Below are positions 28,885 to 41,646 of a stretch of 64,000 nucleotides of DNA, piece by piece; positions within the stretch are counted from its first letter, which is position 1; every line of letters begins with the position of its first letter. Source of the DNA: Octopus vulgaris (taxonomy: Eukaryota); NCBI GenBank assembly GCA_951406725.2, contig OX597816.1:139500001-139564000 (forward strand), read 5' to 3'. The translations under genes and the position numbers were made by a program. The notes under the pieces were generated by a model that saw nothing but the letters and a program-made list of their open reading frames with translations, did no database searches and was not told the DNA's origin.

Positions 28885-29052
28885 GTTGTAGTAAATATTC
28901 TGCTTAATACCACAGATTTACTTGTCAGTTGCTTGACTTTAATCACTTGAGCGTGTCCCTTAATGGCTGACAATATATGTATCCCTAATCATGAGCAAGA
29001 GTAGTGGAAGAGCTTCATAGGAATGTGTTGAGAGGGATTCTTTGGGGTTTGA
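28885..29052 (-). repeat. Interspersed repeat family D fragment
   Basis: Reverse complement of the 3' part of 33918-34442. Confidence 0.75.
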
Positions 29053-30329
29053 ATGTAATAATAACAAAAGCAATGTTCGAAGGAAATAACCATTTTTCAT
29101 ACTTTATAGAGGTAAGCAAATAGGAAATAACAGTTACTACTCAAGGACAAAAATCATGTTACACAGCGTTATTGCTAATGCGTAACTGCATCATCGTCCC
29201 ATAGTTGAATTTAAATCAGTCCTCATCCAGTAGATATTTGACCAAAGGCGTTCCAACCGTAGCCATCTTATCTCAAGTTTAGAAATAATGTATTTAGGAC
29301 TACATTATTAATTATTTCCTTCTATTTTTAAGACGATAGGACTTACTATTCGTTGAATTAATGTAGAAATGGCTGTGTATGTCATAGGATCGTTCAGTCT
29401 TAACCTGCTTTTCATGGCGTGTGATACATTGTATGACAAGACAGGACCTTTAAATCACACATACAATCAACCAGGCGAGCTTCCACACAGTTTCCATTTA
29501 CACACTACCATTTGAAATTCTTGTGTTAACCCAACAGTAATGATAAAAGACATGTGCCACGCAATGCGATCGAACATTTCATTCTATTTTTAAGAGGATG
29601 GGACTTGATTCGAGACGTGTTTTCCTCAAACCAGGTAGCGGTAGATCTATATTCTATATGTACGAACATATACACACTATCACTGTCTCTAGCACATATT
29701 TATACGCGTACACACAAACATGTACACACACACACAGACCGGTGTGTGTTTTTGTTGAGTGGGTGGATGTGTATATATGTAAGCATATATTTATGTATGT
29801 GTATATAATTACGTATGGAGTACTGCCAGTTTCATAACGTTATGCAATAGCTTTTCGCCAGTACCGTCATTTCGTATTTTATGTACGACCGAAAACGAGG
29901 TTGATATATGAGTGGTTGGAAGTTATCTCTCCCTTCACTAGTTTTGAGGTATCTGGTATATTTTATGTCAAAGTATGGAGGCCGCCTTGTGTAGTGAATA
30001 AGTGTACTACTTTCGAATACAACAAAGATACTCAGGTATACACTCGCATACATAAGGATTTATGTGGATATCAGTATTTTTTACTCTGCATATTTTTGCT
30101 AATTACTATGATATGGCATTGTATTGGTTGTAAATAATATTGTCGTAAATTATACGGTCTCGGCTATTGTTATCATAATGGTACTTATATAAATTGTATT
30201 GTGATCAACCGTATCAGTTTGTATATAATTCTTTTGTCATACAAAACTATCCTCATAAATTGTATCGAAATAAATAGTATCTTTGTAATTTTTCTGGTTT
30301 TATTTTTCCTTGTTTTTTTGGGGTTTTTT

Positions 30330-30524
30330 TTTCAGTCATTAAACTGCGGCCATGCTGGCGCACAGTCTTGAAGAATTTAATTCGACCAAATCGACTCTAG
30401 TACTTTCTTTTCTAAGCCCAGTGCTATCGGTCGCTTTTGCTGAACCGATAGGCTACGAGCTCGTAACCACACCAACATCGGTTTCCAAGCGGTGGTAGGG
30501 AAAAATACAGACACATAAACACAT

Positions 30525-30592
<68 letters not shown>

Positions 30593-31198
30593 TTTATCTT
30601 TTTTTTACGTATTTCAGGCATTAAGTTGCGGCCATGCGGAGATACCGGCCTGAAGAATTTATAGTCGAATGATTCGACCTAAGCACTTTCTTTTTAGTTA
30701 AGCTTGGTACTTGTTCTCTTTTGCCGAACCGTTGAGTTACTGGGACATAAAAATACCAACGCCAGTTGTCAAGCGGTGGTGGAGGACAAAAGCAAACACA
30801 CACACGCACACATATATAAATGTATGTATATACACGAGTAAGTACATGAATGCAAACAAAGTGGAAAAAAATAGTACACGAATACCGACGAACGAGAAAG
30901 TGAAACTTTAATAAAAAGGTATATATATATATATATTGTTGTTTGTTCCTTCTCGAGCCACGTCTGGCTCATAGGGTCGATTTCCCGGTTTCCTTGGCGG
31001 TCCGTCGCAGGTGAGCTGCAAGATGCAGGAGGAAAGAGTGAGAGAAAGAGTCAGCAGAAGTTCGGCATTACTTTCTGCCGGAGCCGCGTGGAGCTTAGGC
31101 GTTTCGCTCATAAACACACACATAGCCCGGTCTGGGATTCGAACCCGCGATCCCTCGATCGCGAGTCAGCTGGTCTAACCCCTAGGCCATGTGCCTCC

Positions 31199-31230
<32 letters not shown>

Positions 31231-31465
31231 TTCTCGCTCTCACTCTTTCTCTCTCTCTCTCTCTCTCTCTATGTATATATATATACACACACACACACAC
31301 ATACATATATGACGGATTTCTTCCATTTTCTGTCTACGAAATTCTCTCACAAGGCTCTCGTTGGACCGAGGTTAGAGACCCAAGGTGCCACGTAGTAGAT
31401 AGAACTAAACATAGAGCCACGTTGTTGGGAAGCAAACTAATTCCCACAGACCCGGCCTGTGCCTA
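30330..31465 (-). mobile_element. SINE cluster (family B tails, family C copy at 30945-31198, family B head)
   Basis: Matches other copies in the window. Confidence 0.75.
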
Positions 31466-31953
31466 AGTATATTTTTGATAAATCGTTTTGTCATAAGTAA
31501 ATAGTGGGTCCACATCGATTTCACCGATAGGCGTTGAGTTTTTTTTTTTCTTACTTAACTGAACTAACAACTCGTTGAATTAATGTAGAAATGGCTGTAT
31601 ATACCATAAACTCGTTCAATCTTAACCTAATTTTCATGGGGTGTGACTCATAGTGTAATAAGACAGTTCCTTTAAATTACAAATAAAGCCTATCCGTTAG
31701 ATTCTACACAGTTTCCATCTACATACTGCCATTTGTAATTCTTGTGTTAATCCAACAGTAATGATAAAAGACATATGCCACGCAATGTGACCGAACATGG
31801 GATCTCATGATTATGGATCAAACTTCTCAACTATTAGACCAGGTTTCGTCTATATTGTCATATATATTTTCTTTATTTATTTTACGTCTTGCGGTTATTG
31901 GACAGCGGTAGTCATTCGGTGGTAGGGGTCAAATACAAAGATACTCACAAATG

Positions 31954-31999
<46 letters not shown>

Positions 32000-32152
32000 C
32001 GTAAGGGGTATTAGCCATTGGGGTGGGGTGGGGTGTTACTGATGCTTTTAGCCCCAGGCGATCAACGTCACCAGAAGGACTTTAGACACTATCTCAGTGC
32101 CCTTGTGTTATTTGCAAAGGGAGGTCATCCTCCCTCGAAGACCCGAGTACTA

Positions 32153-32197
32153 CATACGGACTATAGTTTCAAGGTAATTGCCTCTCGTCAACGCATG
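32153..32197 (-). ncRNA. Minimal type I hammerhead ribozyme (left arm)
   Basis: Exact reverse complement of 32388-32432. Confidence 0.7.
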
Positions 32198-32387
32198 GTA
32201 AGCACCGGTCTTCGATGAAGGAGTCCCCTTGCAAATAATATATAACGTTTTTCACAGTAACCACTGTCACTGATGTAGAAAAACTGTCTGAAAACAATAA
32301 TAAATCTCTGAACGAGATATAAACAGTAACAGTAAAACGTTATATATTATTTGCAAGGGGACTCCTTCATCGAAGACCGGTGCTTAC

Positions 32388-32432
32388 CATGCGTTGACGA
32401 GAGGCAATTACCTTGAAACTATAGTCCGTATG
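32388..32432 (+). ncRNA. Minimal type I hammerhead ribozyme (right arm)
   Basis: Stem I CATGCG / core TTGACGA / stem II GAGG-caatta-CCTT / GAAA / C-TATA-G / TC^ / stem I' CGTATG; predicted cleavage after C32426. Confidence 0.7.
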
Positions 32433-32647
32433 TAGTACTCGGGTCTTCAAGGGAGGATGACCTCCCTTTGCAAATAACACAAGGGCACTGAGATAGTGTC
32501 TAAAGTCCTTCCGGTGACGTTGATCGCCTGGGGCTAAAAGCATCAGTAACACCCCACCCCACCCCAGTGGCTAGCCACATTCAGGTGGCTAATACCCCTT
32601 ACGTTGTCGAGCGGTTACTGTTTATATCTCTTCAGAGATTTATTATT

Positions 32648-32707
<60 letters not shown>

Positions 32708-32746
32708 AGAGAGACATACACTCACACACTCACACACACACACACA

Positions 32747-32907
32747 CGGCGAGTTCCTTTCAGTTTCCATCTATCAAACGCATTCACAAGGCATTGATCT
32801 GCTCGGGGCTGTAGTAAAATATTCTTGCCCAGAGTGCTACGTAATAGGACTGAACCTAAAACTACATAGTTGAGGAGAATGCTTCTAACCACACAACCAC
32901 GCCTATA
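32747..32907 (-). mobile_element. SINE family B (degraded)
   Basis: Family B motifs. Confidence 0.7.
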
Positions 32908-33154
32908 GGTTTGTGACTGTGATGGATCTTCTTGATATAAATACATATTTTGTAAAGAGCTTTGTCCATAAGGACTATTTGCATAAATCATATTGTGATA
33001 ATTAAGATTGTCAAAAGCTCGAAACTTCACACGTCTAACTCCACTAAGCAAATAAATTTGCTGACAACGGCAAATTCTCAAAGATCCTGCTGTCAGAGAC
33101 TACCATAATAGTAGTAGTAATAGCAACAGCAACAGCAAGAGCAGCAGTAGCAGC

Positions 33155-33365
33155 GCATGAGCTGGGTGAATTGGGAGCACGCCGGGCAAAATGCTTAACA
33201 GCATTTCGCTCTTCATTACGTTCTGTGTTCAAATTCTGCCGGAAGTTAACTTTGCCTTTCATTCGTTTCGGGGTCGATAAAATAAGAACTACTTGATCAT
33301 CTGCATCGATGTAATCGACTTGCCCACTCCTCCGAAATTGCTAGCCTTGTGCCAAAATTTAAAAT
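33155..33365 (+). mobile_element. SINE family A
   Basis: Family motifs. Confidence 0.8.
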
Positions 33366-33377
33366 TATTATTATTAT

Positions 33378-34442
33378 TGAGTGAGAGAGCAGTGCATGCC
33401 ATCAAAGTGACACTTCGTAAAATATACGAAGCCCAGTTTATCCATCATGACTACTCGTCCGATAAGAGTATACCAGGCACATGCATTACAACCATATGTG
33501 CGCGACATGGTGATCTCATATCAAGATTAATGACATATTACGTTGCAGGTGGGGCCCAGTTAGAATTTTCTTCAGGTCAAATAGCCAATCCTACTCAAAT
33601 AGTCCTTGAATAAGGGTTGTTTAAGGATGTTGAAAAAAGACCCATACTTCCAGACGTGAATTATTCAAACTCCAAAGAGTTCCTCTTAACACATGGGTAT
33701 GATGCCACCACTACTATCTCTGCTTCTGATCAGAGATGCACATTTCGTCAGCCACCAAAGGACATGCTCAACTGGTTACGGTCAAACAACTGACAAGCAA
33801 ATCTGTGGTATTGAGTAGAGTGTTAGGGGTCGATGTAACTGCCTATCCCTCTCTTCCAAATTTCAGGCCTTGTGCCGATATTAGAAAGGACTATTATTAT
33901 TATTATTCGTTCTTTTATGCCATTAAAGTGACACTGGGGTGAAATATACGAAGCCCAGTATACCCATCATGACTACCCGTCTGAGAAGGGTACACCAGAG
34001 ATATGCATCACAACCATATGTGTGCGACATTGGGATCTCATATCAAGAAAAACAGCACATGACCTTGCAGGTGGGGGCCCAGTTAGAATTTTCTTCAGTT
34101 CGAGTATCCCATCCCGCTCAAAATATCCTTGAATAACGGTTGTTTAAGGATGTTGAACAAAACACTCGTGTTTCCAAAGGTGAATTATCCAAACCCCAAA
34201 GAATTCCTCTCAACACATGGCTATGATGCACATCCACTACTTCTGCTCGTGATCAGAGATGCACATATCATCAACCACTAAGGGACATGCTCAAGCAACT
34301 GACAAGCAAATCTGTGGTATTGAGCAGAATATTTGCTGTAGCCCATCTTTTAAACCAAGACAAAACAATGTACATGATAACACTTCCAATCCGTTAAGAT
34401 CAGAAGCCATGGAAGCCAATGCCTGGTAATGCATCAGGGCAT
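33378..34442 (+). repeat. Two tandem copies of interspersed repeat family D (~450-530 bp, class uncertain)
   Basis: 33378-33820 and 33918-34442 are homologous (AATATACGAAGCCCAG..GGGGCCCAGTTAGAATTTTCTTCAG..GCAAATCTGTGGTATTGAG); further copies at 47592-47870 and 28885-29052; usually next to ATT repeats. Confidence 0.85.
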
Positions 34443-34505
34443 TTATTATTATTATTATTGTTATTATTATTATTGTTGTTGTTGTTGTTGTTGTTGTCAG
34501 TAGTT

Positions 34506-34720
34506 AAGGCGGCGAGTCGGCAGAATAGTTAGCACGTTGCACGAAATGTTTAGCGGTATTACGCCCGTCGCTACGTTGTGAGTTCAAATTCCGTCGTGAC
34601 TTTGCTTTCCATCCTTTCGGAGTCGATAATTTAAGTACCAGTGAATCACTTGGGTCGATGTAACCGACTAGTTTCCTCCCCTCCAGAAAATCAGGACTTG
34701 TGCCTTTAGAAGAAAGGATT
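34506..34720 (+). mobile_element. SINE family A
   Basis: Family motifs. Confidence 0.8.
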
Positions 34721-34741
34721 ATTATTATCAGCAGCAGCAGC

Positions 34742-34808
<67 letters not shown>

Positions 34809-35147
34809 AAATAATTAAGCGAAGAAAAGCAAAAATGATGATGACGACGACGATGAGGAGGAGACCAGGAAGATTTTAAGGAAGGGGCGGACAACGACGG
34901 CGACAAAGACCACCACCACCACCACAACAACAATAATGACATCGAAGGGCTCGATGGAAGACTCTGATATCATAGTAGTGACAATAAATAGTTTCAGGAA
35001 ACGATGACACGATATGCTGACACGAAATGAAGAAGAAATCAGACCACAATAGTCAAGTAAAAGAAAAGAAAGCAAAAAAAAAAAAAAAAATTTACAGTAA
35101 GTTAAATTAGAACGTTTGAAATGTTGACCTCAATCTGTGAAGAGAGG

Positions 35148-35204
<57 letters not shown>

Positions 35205-35571
35205 TAGCGTTGTGCTTGCAACAAAGAGGGCGTGGTACTTGTCTAATAAAACATATAAGGGATGGGTGGAAGGTTAAACCGTTCTCAAGCTCCTCTTAAA
35301 GACAAAAGAACATGTTATTGTCGACTCGGCAATCAAAAAGGCTGACTATTATAAACAACGCCATTGTCTTTTTCTGATTTTGTTTAAAAAAAAAAAAACA
35401 TCATTAAAACGAAATGTAAAAATAAAAAAAACAACATACGTATGTGTTTGTGAGTGTTTTGTGTGTGTGTGTCTGCATGTGTGTGTGTGTGCGCGCGCGC
35501 GCGCGCGTGCGTGTGTGTGTTTGCATATTTTCATGTATATATAAATATATATATATATATATGTATATATG

Positions 35572-35618
<47 letters not shown>

Positions 35619-35630
35619 TCTTGGTTCTAG

Positions 35631-35671
<41 letters not shown>

Positions 35672-35687
35672 TGATTCTTGGTTCTAG

Positions 35688-35789
<102 letters not shown>

Positions 35790-36406
35790 TTTATATATAT
35801 ATATACATATATATATACATTTATGTATGTATGCGTATGTGTATATATATGTATGTAATTATATGTATGCATGTATGTGTACATGCATCCATGTATGTAT
35901 GTGGGTATATATGTATATATGTATGTATGAATGTATGTATAGCAATAACTAGAGCCAAGATTCATAAATAAAAATTTCCCCAAATTACCGGGGCAAGTAA
36001 CTAAATCAATAAATAAGGGAGTAGAAGGGTATAGAAATAGAGATATGAAACAAGTCGGCAGTGTTTTATTGATAATAACTTCCGGTTAAGTCAGCAACAG
36101 CGTCCGCTATATTACAAGGGAAAAAAGAGACAAGAGAAATTTGATATCTCCCTTTGATATTGTGGTTTATTGCAGTTGACTGACATTGTCATCACTTGTA
36201 TTGGAAACAAATGCGACAGGATGGTTGGCTGCCTACCCCGTTTGGAACATTAAAACTGACGCGTATTAAAGTGCAAGCATCTCGCATGACTGTGCGGGTA
36301 TATAATAGATGCGTACATGCGTATGTACGTACATAAATGCATACGTACATACATTCATGCATACAAGCATAGATACATATATGCATACACATATGCATAT
36401 CTATTT

Positions 36407-36467
<61 letters not shown>

Positions 36468-36989
36468 GAGCATATTGGCAGGCAGGTTGAGATGAGGGCA
36501 GTAACTATATTTGATCGAGGATCTACTTAATGAAGGGGTGCTAACATTTATACAGTGTGCATACACAGCTCCAGGCATATAAATCTTCACACACACACGC
36601 ACACACACACACAGACACACAGACACACACACAGACACACACACACACACACACACACCTTAAGAGACATGTCTACAAATGTATACATCGCATAGTCAGT
36701 ACTGAAGGCGGTGATACAAAAATAATTTTCTGTAACTAAACACCTTTAAACTTCGTATACTGGTAGAATGCGTCACATAAAACATCTCTTACTCTTGGCG
36801 TTGTAGAGAAAATTCTGTGTTTTGGAAGTTATTTTTTGTTAAAGTTGTCGTATTTTGGTAATTTCAACCAATCAATGACGTGTATTCAGCTGAATAAAAC
36901 TACTGCAGTTGTTTGTCAACAACTTCCGGCGGTGTATATTTCATTTGTTACTGTTATTCAGTTGAATAAAATAACTGAAGAAAATAATG

Positions 36990-38949
36990 CGGGAGTGCTA
37001 AAGTAGTAGTAGGGTGTTAAATGGTCAAGTGCCCCGAAAGTGACTTGTGGATGGTAGTAGTGATTGAATTCTCGAGATATCTCTTTTGAATGTATTGTTT
37101 ATAATATTTGCGTAGGTGTTATTCTAAACAGCAGTAGGAAGGAAGTGGCAGAGAGGAAGAAGACGAAGAAGGAGACAGAATGATAAGAGAATGCAGGATG
37201 GTAGGATAGTAGTAGGATGTTAAATTGTCAAGTGAGCTAAAAGAGATCCGTTGTGGAGTATAACAGTGATTGGGGCTGTTTTTAATGAATTCTTGGGTAT
37301 CTCTTTTGAATGTGCCATTCTTAATATTTGCGTGTGTGTTTATTCTCAGGTCGTGGCGGATATATCATTTGTTGTGGATGCGTTCAAAAGGGGTTTGTAT
37401 TTTGTAATAAAGAGGGGCTCTTTACTAATTCGTTGGCTACAGGTTGTATCATCTCTGAATTGATAGAGGGGAAAAATTCTGAAGCTTGGATTTTTGTTAT
37501 TGGCGCAAATGTAGATGTGTTGGCTGAATGCTATTTTTCTGGGGGTTTTTTTGAATTTTGATCTGGGATCTGTGCAAAACCATCCTTTACGTAGACTGTT
37601 TTTTGTTTGGCCTAAGTATTGTTCTTGACATCCAGAGTAGGTTAGTGTGTATATCAGGTTCTCCGAAGCACATGTGAAGCTGCTTTTCACTGTGAAACGT
37701 TGTCCCTGTTTGAAGGAGAACACTGATCCCTCACTTAAATCGACACATATCTCACAGTCTTCCACGTTTTTTTACTGACGGTTTTAGTGCTGTTGTTGAG
37801 CGTATTCGGGCTTGTGTTAGGAGACTTTCCATAGATTTGGGCTGTCTCTTGCTTTTTATCATGGTGTGTGGATTAAGTTCATTCTGTGGGCCTTTCTTAG
37901 CAGGGGAATGTTTTGAAGGATGGTGTCGAAGGCTTCGTTGTTAAGAGGGTTGTGTGTAGAGATATATGGTAGGGATTTTGGTTGTAAATCCTTCTTTAAT
38001 TTAGGATGTCTGAGTCCGTGGATGTTGAGTTGTAGAGCAAGTTGAAAGCCTATGTCAATTAGTGAAGGTGGGTAGTTCCTGATGATGAGTGTATCATTTA
38101 GTTCATGTAGTCGTGTGTCCCTGGTGCTTGCATTAGAAACTATAGTACATATCCTTTTTGCTTGGTTGAAGGGAATATTCATTCTGGTGTGTCTGGGATG
38201 GCATGAGTTGAACGGTAGATATTGCTTGGAGTTCGTGGGCTTATATCATATATCTGTCTCTATTACGTTGTTAGATTTCTTAAATAGGATGTCAAGGAAG
38301 GGAAGTTGTTGATGGCTATATTCCATCGGGAATTGAATGTTTACGTCAAGTCCATTTATAAGTACTTGAATTTTTTAAAGTTTCTCTATACTTTCATGCC
38401 AAAGAATGAAACTGTCATCCATGTATCTCTTCCAGTGATTTTTCTATGTAGAGAGAGAATGGGCTGCCGTATTTTTCTAGAACCATACGATAAAGACTAA
38501 TTTCTAGATATCTCATGACTAGGTTGGCAAAAGAGGGGGCCATTCCCGTACCCATTGCAGTCCCCGATTTTTGTCGATAGAAGTTGTCTTTGAAGACGAA
38601 GTAGTTATTCTCCAAGATAAATTTTAACCCTTCTATCACGAATTCTCTTTTGATACGATGTGGGAGTTCGTTGTCGTAATTCTCTAACCAGAATTGAATT
38701 GCCTCTATGTCTAGGTTGTGGGGGATATTGGAATAGAGGTTGACTACATCGAAGGATACAAATAGGGTGGTTTTGTTTATTGTTTCAGGAAGGTGATTGA
38801 GCATATCCAGGTCGTCCCTTATGTAGCTTTTGACATGCTTGAGGAATGGTTTTAAGAGGGTATCTAAAAAGTTACTGAGGCGGTGGGTTTCGCATGCGGG
38901 ACTTGCTATTATAGGTCTCAATTTGAGGTCATTAGGAGGAGAGACTTTC

Positions 38950-38951
<2 letters not shown>
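36990..38951 (-). mobile_element. Penelope-like element (RT + GIY-YIG endonuclease), 5'-truncated and frameshifted
   Basis: LRPIIAS, SFDVVNLYSNIP, YRQKSGTAMGT.MAPSFANL, LPFLDI, CEIC linker, FTCASENLIYTL..CQEQYLGQT (GIY-YIG); ~200-bp tandem duplication in the 3' region (37005-37330). Confidence 0.92.
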
Positions 38952-39035
<84 letters not shown>

Positions 39036-40330
39036 GCGTATATTTAATGTGTGGAGTTTTAGAAGAGGGGTTTATTTTAAGGAGAACTCGTTTTATGTCT
39101 CCATCAAAATATAGCAATAGGTGGAATTAAACTTTATGTAATTCATTAAAGAATTCGTTAGAAGTATTAATCTCTTTTGACTAAAAATAATGCTTATCCA
39201 GTCTGAAATTAGTCCCAGCTGTCTGAAGACATGGCTGGCTTGATACCACATGTTTACAAAACATTATTTATTAAATCTTCATTTTGATATAGTCTTCTTT
39301 AATTTTGAAAATATTTTGACATATTGCCTCTTGAACTTGCTTCAACTTCTTACTTTAAAGCATTATGTTACATGAGAGAAATAGAAGAAAGAATCGTAAA
39401 TATTTAATTTAAAAAAAAACTATACTCGTAAATTAAACTCCTTCCGTTGAAAAAAAATTAAAGCAAAAATACTTAAGCAAATTGTATGTTAAAGAGATTT
39501 AAATTTGATTTATATGACAAAATATAATTTATAAATGTAATTTATAAACTGATATATTACTAGTGTTGATCATACAATGTAAATATACCTCGCACATACG
39601 TTTTTCATCTATCATAAAATCCTTAATATATTTTATTTCCTAAATTATTATCTTAAGTATTACCAAATCATTCCCTCCCTAGAACAACATTGTTCAGGAG
39701 TTTCTTTCAAAACCGCTTTCACATCAAAGAATATTCATCGAGAATTTAAATTAAACATCAACTGCACTAAAGCCTTTCAACAGAGGCAGATCCCACGAGT
39801 ACACGAGTTCTTAGACTCAAAGGCTTCGGCCTTTCACCCAAGACACATACATTAGAAATTAAGTAATACAATGCTGAGTCGTTTACAGCGAAGGGAAAAA
39901 GGATATTGAAATGAAATAAGCATAAATCTCTCCAGTTAACAACAATAATTTCTGTGTAAAGAAAATTTAATATTTTCTTCCAGAGAATAGTTATAATAAA
40001 ACTGGAAGGCTGGGTAATGTTTATGTGGGCGTCCGTTCGGTTTCATATTTTATTATTATAAGAATATAAATCTGTTTCCTTACGAAAGAGTGTGTGCATG
40101 TGTGTAAATATGTGCAAGTGCCTTCCCTGCCTATATTTCTGCATATATCTCTTGTATGGTAATTCATCTGTTTGTTTTAACAGTCACATTCAGCCCAAGC
40201 TGCAGCAGATACTTCGGCTATGAGGTTATTTGTATTGTCTAGGCTGAGTATCACGGGATACAAAATCTTGTTTCGGGAGGCTTGCATTACACACACACAT
40301 ATCCACGTGTGTATATATATATATATATAT

Positions 40331-40495
40331 ATAAAGTTAATCCAAACAAGAAAACACAGAAAAAAAAGAGAAAAAAACACAGCAACGCGAGGACGTTGAA
40401 CAATTAAAGTATTATTGACGCTCAGATGTATATATATATACACACATACACCCCTAGACCCCCTACACACACATACACAAATACACACACACACG

Positions 40496-40557
<62 letters not shown>

Positions 40558-40772
40558 AAATGTGACCGCGTGTGTACCGTTGGCGATTTTTTTCCTCCGT
40601 CTTCCCTTCTTTGGATCTTTCCTTTTCCTATGTTTCTGACAAAGAGCTCCGCTCAAAACTTTAAGCCCTCCTTTTTTCCTTCTTTCCTGAGTGTCCAATA
40701 ATACTATACTTGTGCCACGTCCTCGCGTTGTTGTGTTTTCTCTTTGTGTTTTCATGTTTGGATTAACTTTAT
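40331..40772. mobile_element. Inverted pair of Penelope-like terminal repeats in (TA)n
   Basis: 40331-40425 is an imperfect reverse complement of 40687-40772; degenerate hammerhead-like CTGACAA-AGAGC TCC GCTC-AAAAC at 40636. Confidence 0.55.
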
Positions 40773-40779
40773 ATATATA

Positions 40780-41089
40780 TCACGTGATCTAGTGACCGAC
40801 CAGGCTATCAGATGTTGTTACACATCGCTGGTCACAATGCGCTTCGCATTGTTTTAGCCTTCAAATGACGCCACCCCGCTGGCTAAGCGAGCAGGCCAAC
40901 AGAAGAAAGAGTGAGAGAAAGTTGCGGCGAAAGAGTACAGCAGGGAACGCCACCACCCCCTGCCGGAGCTTCGTGGAGCTTTTTAGGTGTTTTCGCTCAA
41001 TAAACACTCACAACGCCCGGTCTGGGAATCGAAACCGCGATCCTACGACCGCGAGTCCGCTGCCCTAACCACTGGGGCATTGCGCCTCC
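40780..41089 (-). mobile_element. SINE family C
   Basis: Reverse complement of the tRNA-like head at 2087. Confidence 0.85.
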
Positions 41090-41095
41090 ACACAC

Positions 41096-41133
<38 letters not shown>

Positions 41134-41135
41134 AT

Positions 41136-41206
<71 letters not shown>

Positions 41207-41497
41207 TAAATATATACCTATATATACGTGTGTGTGTATGTGGATTTTGTAAGCATACACAAATATGTATATTATATGAGAGTGTGAGGTATATATATTT
41301 TTCAGTTTATCGAGCTACAATATGGGAAAACATTACAACCCTCTGCGCCAATAAACTACTGTTGCTCTTCAGACTTATTTCTTATAACTGCTCGAAGCTT
41401 ATTGATTTCCTACAGTTGGATCCTTGGATCTTACATGTACTTATCATTATATAAAAATAATATTTGCGCCACGACCAATGTGGAAAACCGGCTGTAC

Positions 41498-41635
<138 letters not shown>

Positions 41636-41646
41636 TTATCTATCTA

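Larger units (their letters stand above)
31998..32650. mobile_element. Foldback element in (TA)n with ~250-bp inverted arms (Penelope pLTR/retrozyme-like)
   Basis: 31998-32251 is the reverse complement of 32334-32605 with a few mismatches and one 18-bp indel; spacer segment 32292-32330 recurs inverted at 32613-32650. Confidence 0.85.

Noticed and set aside
32018-32552. Two near-identical ~62-66 aa ORFs on opposite strands
   Set aside because: By-product of the inverted repeat; no recognisable protein motif
35200-35345. Possible promoter (GGGCGTGG box, AACAAAG, CATATAAG) next to (GA)n
   Set aside because: Short motifs expected by chance; no linked exon visible
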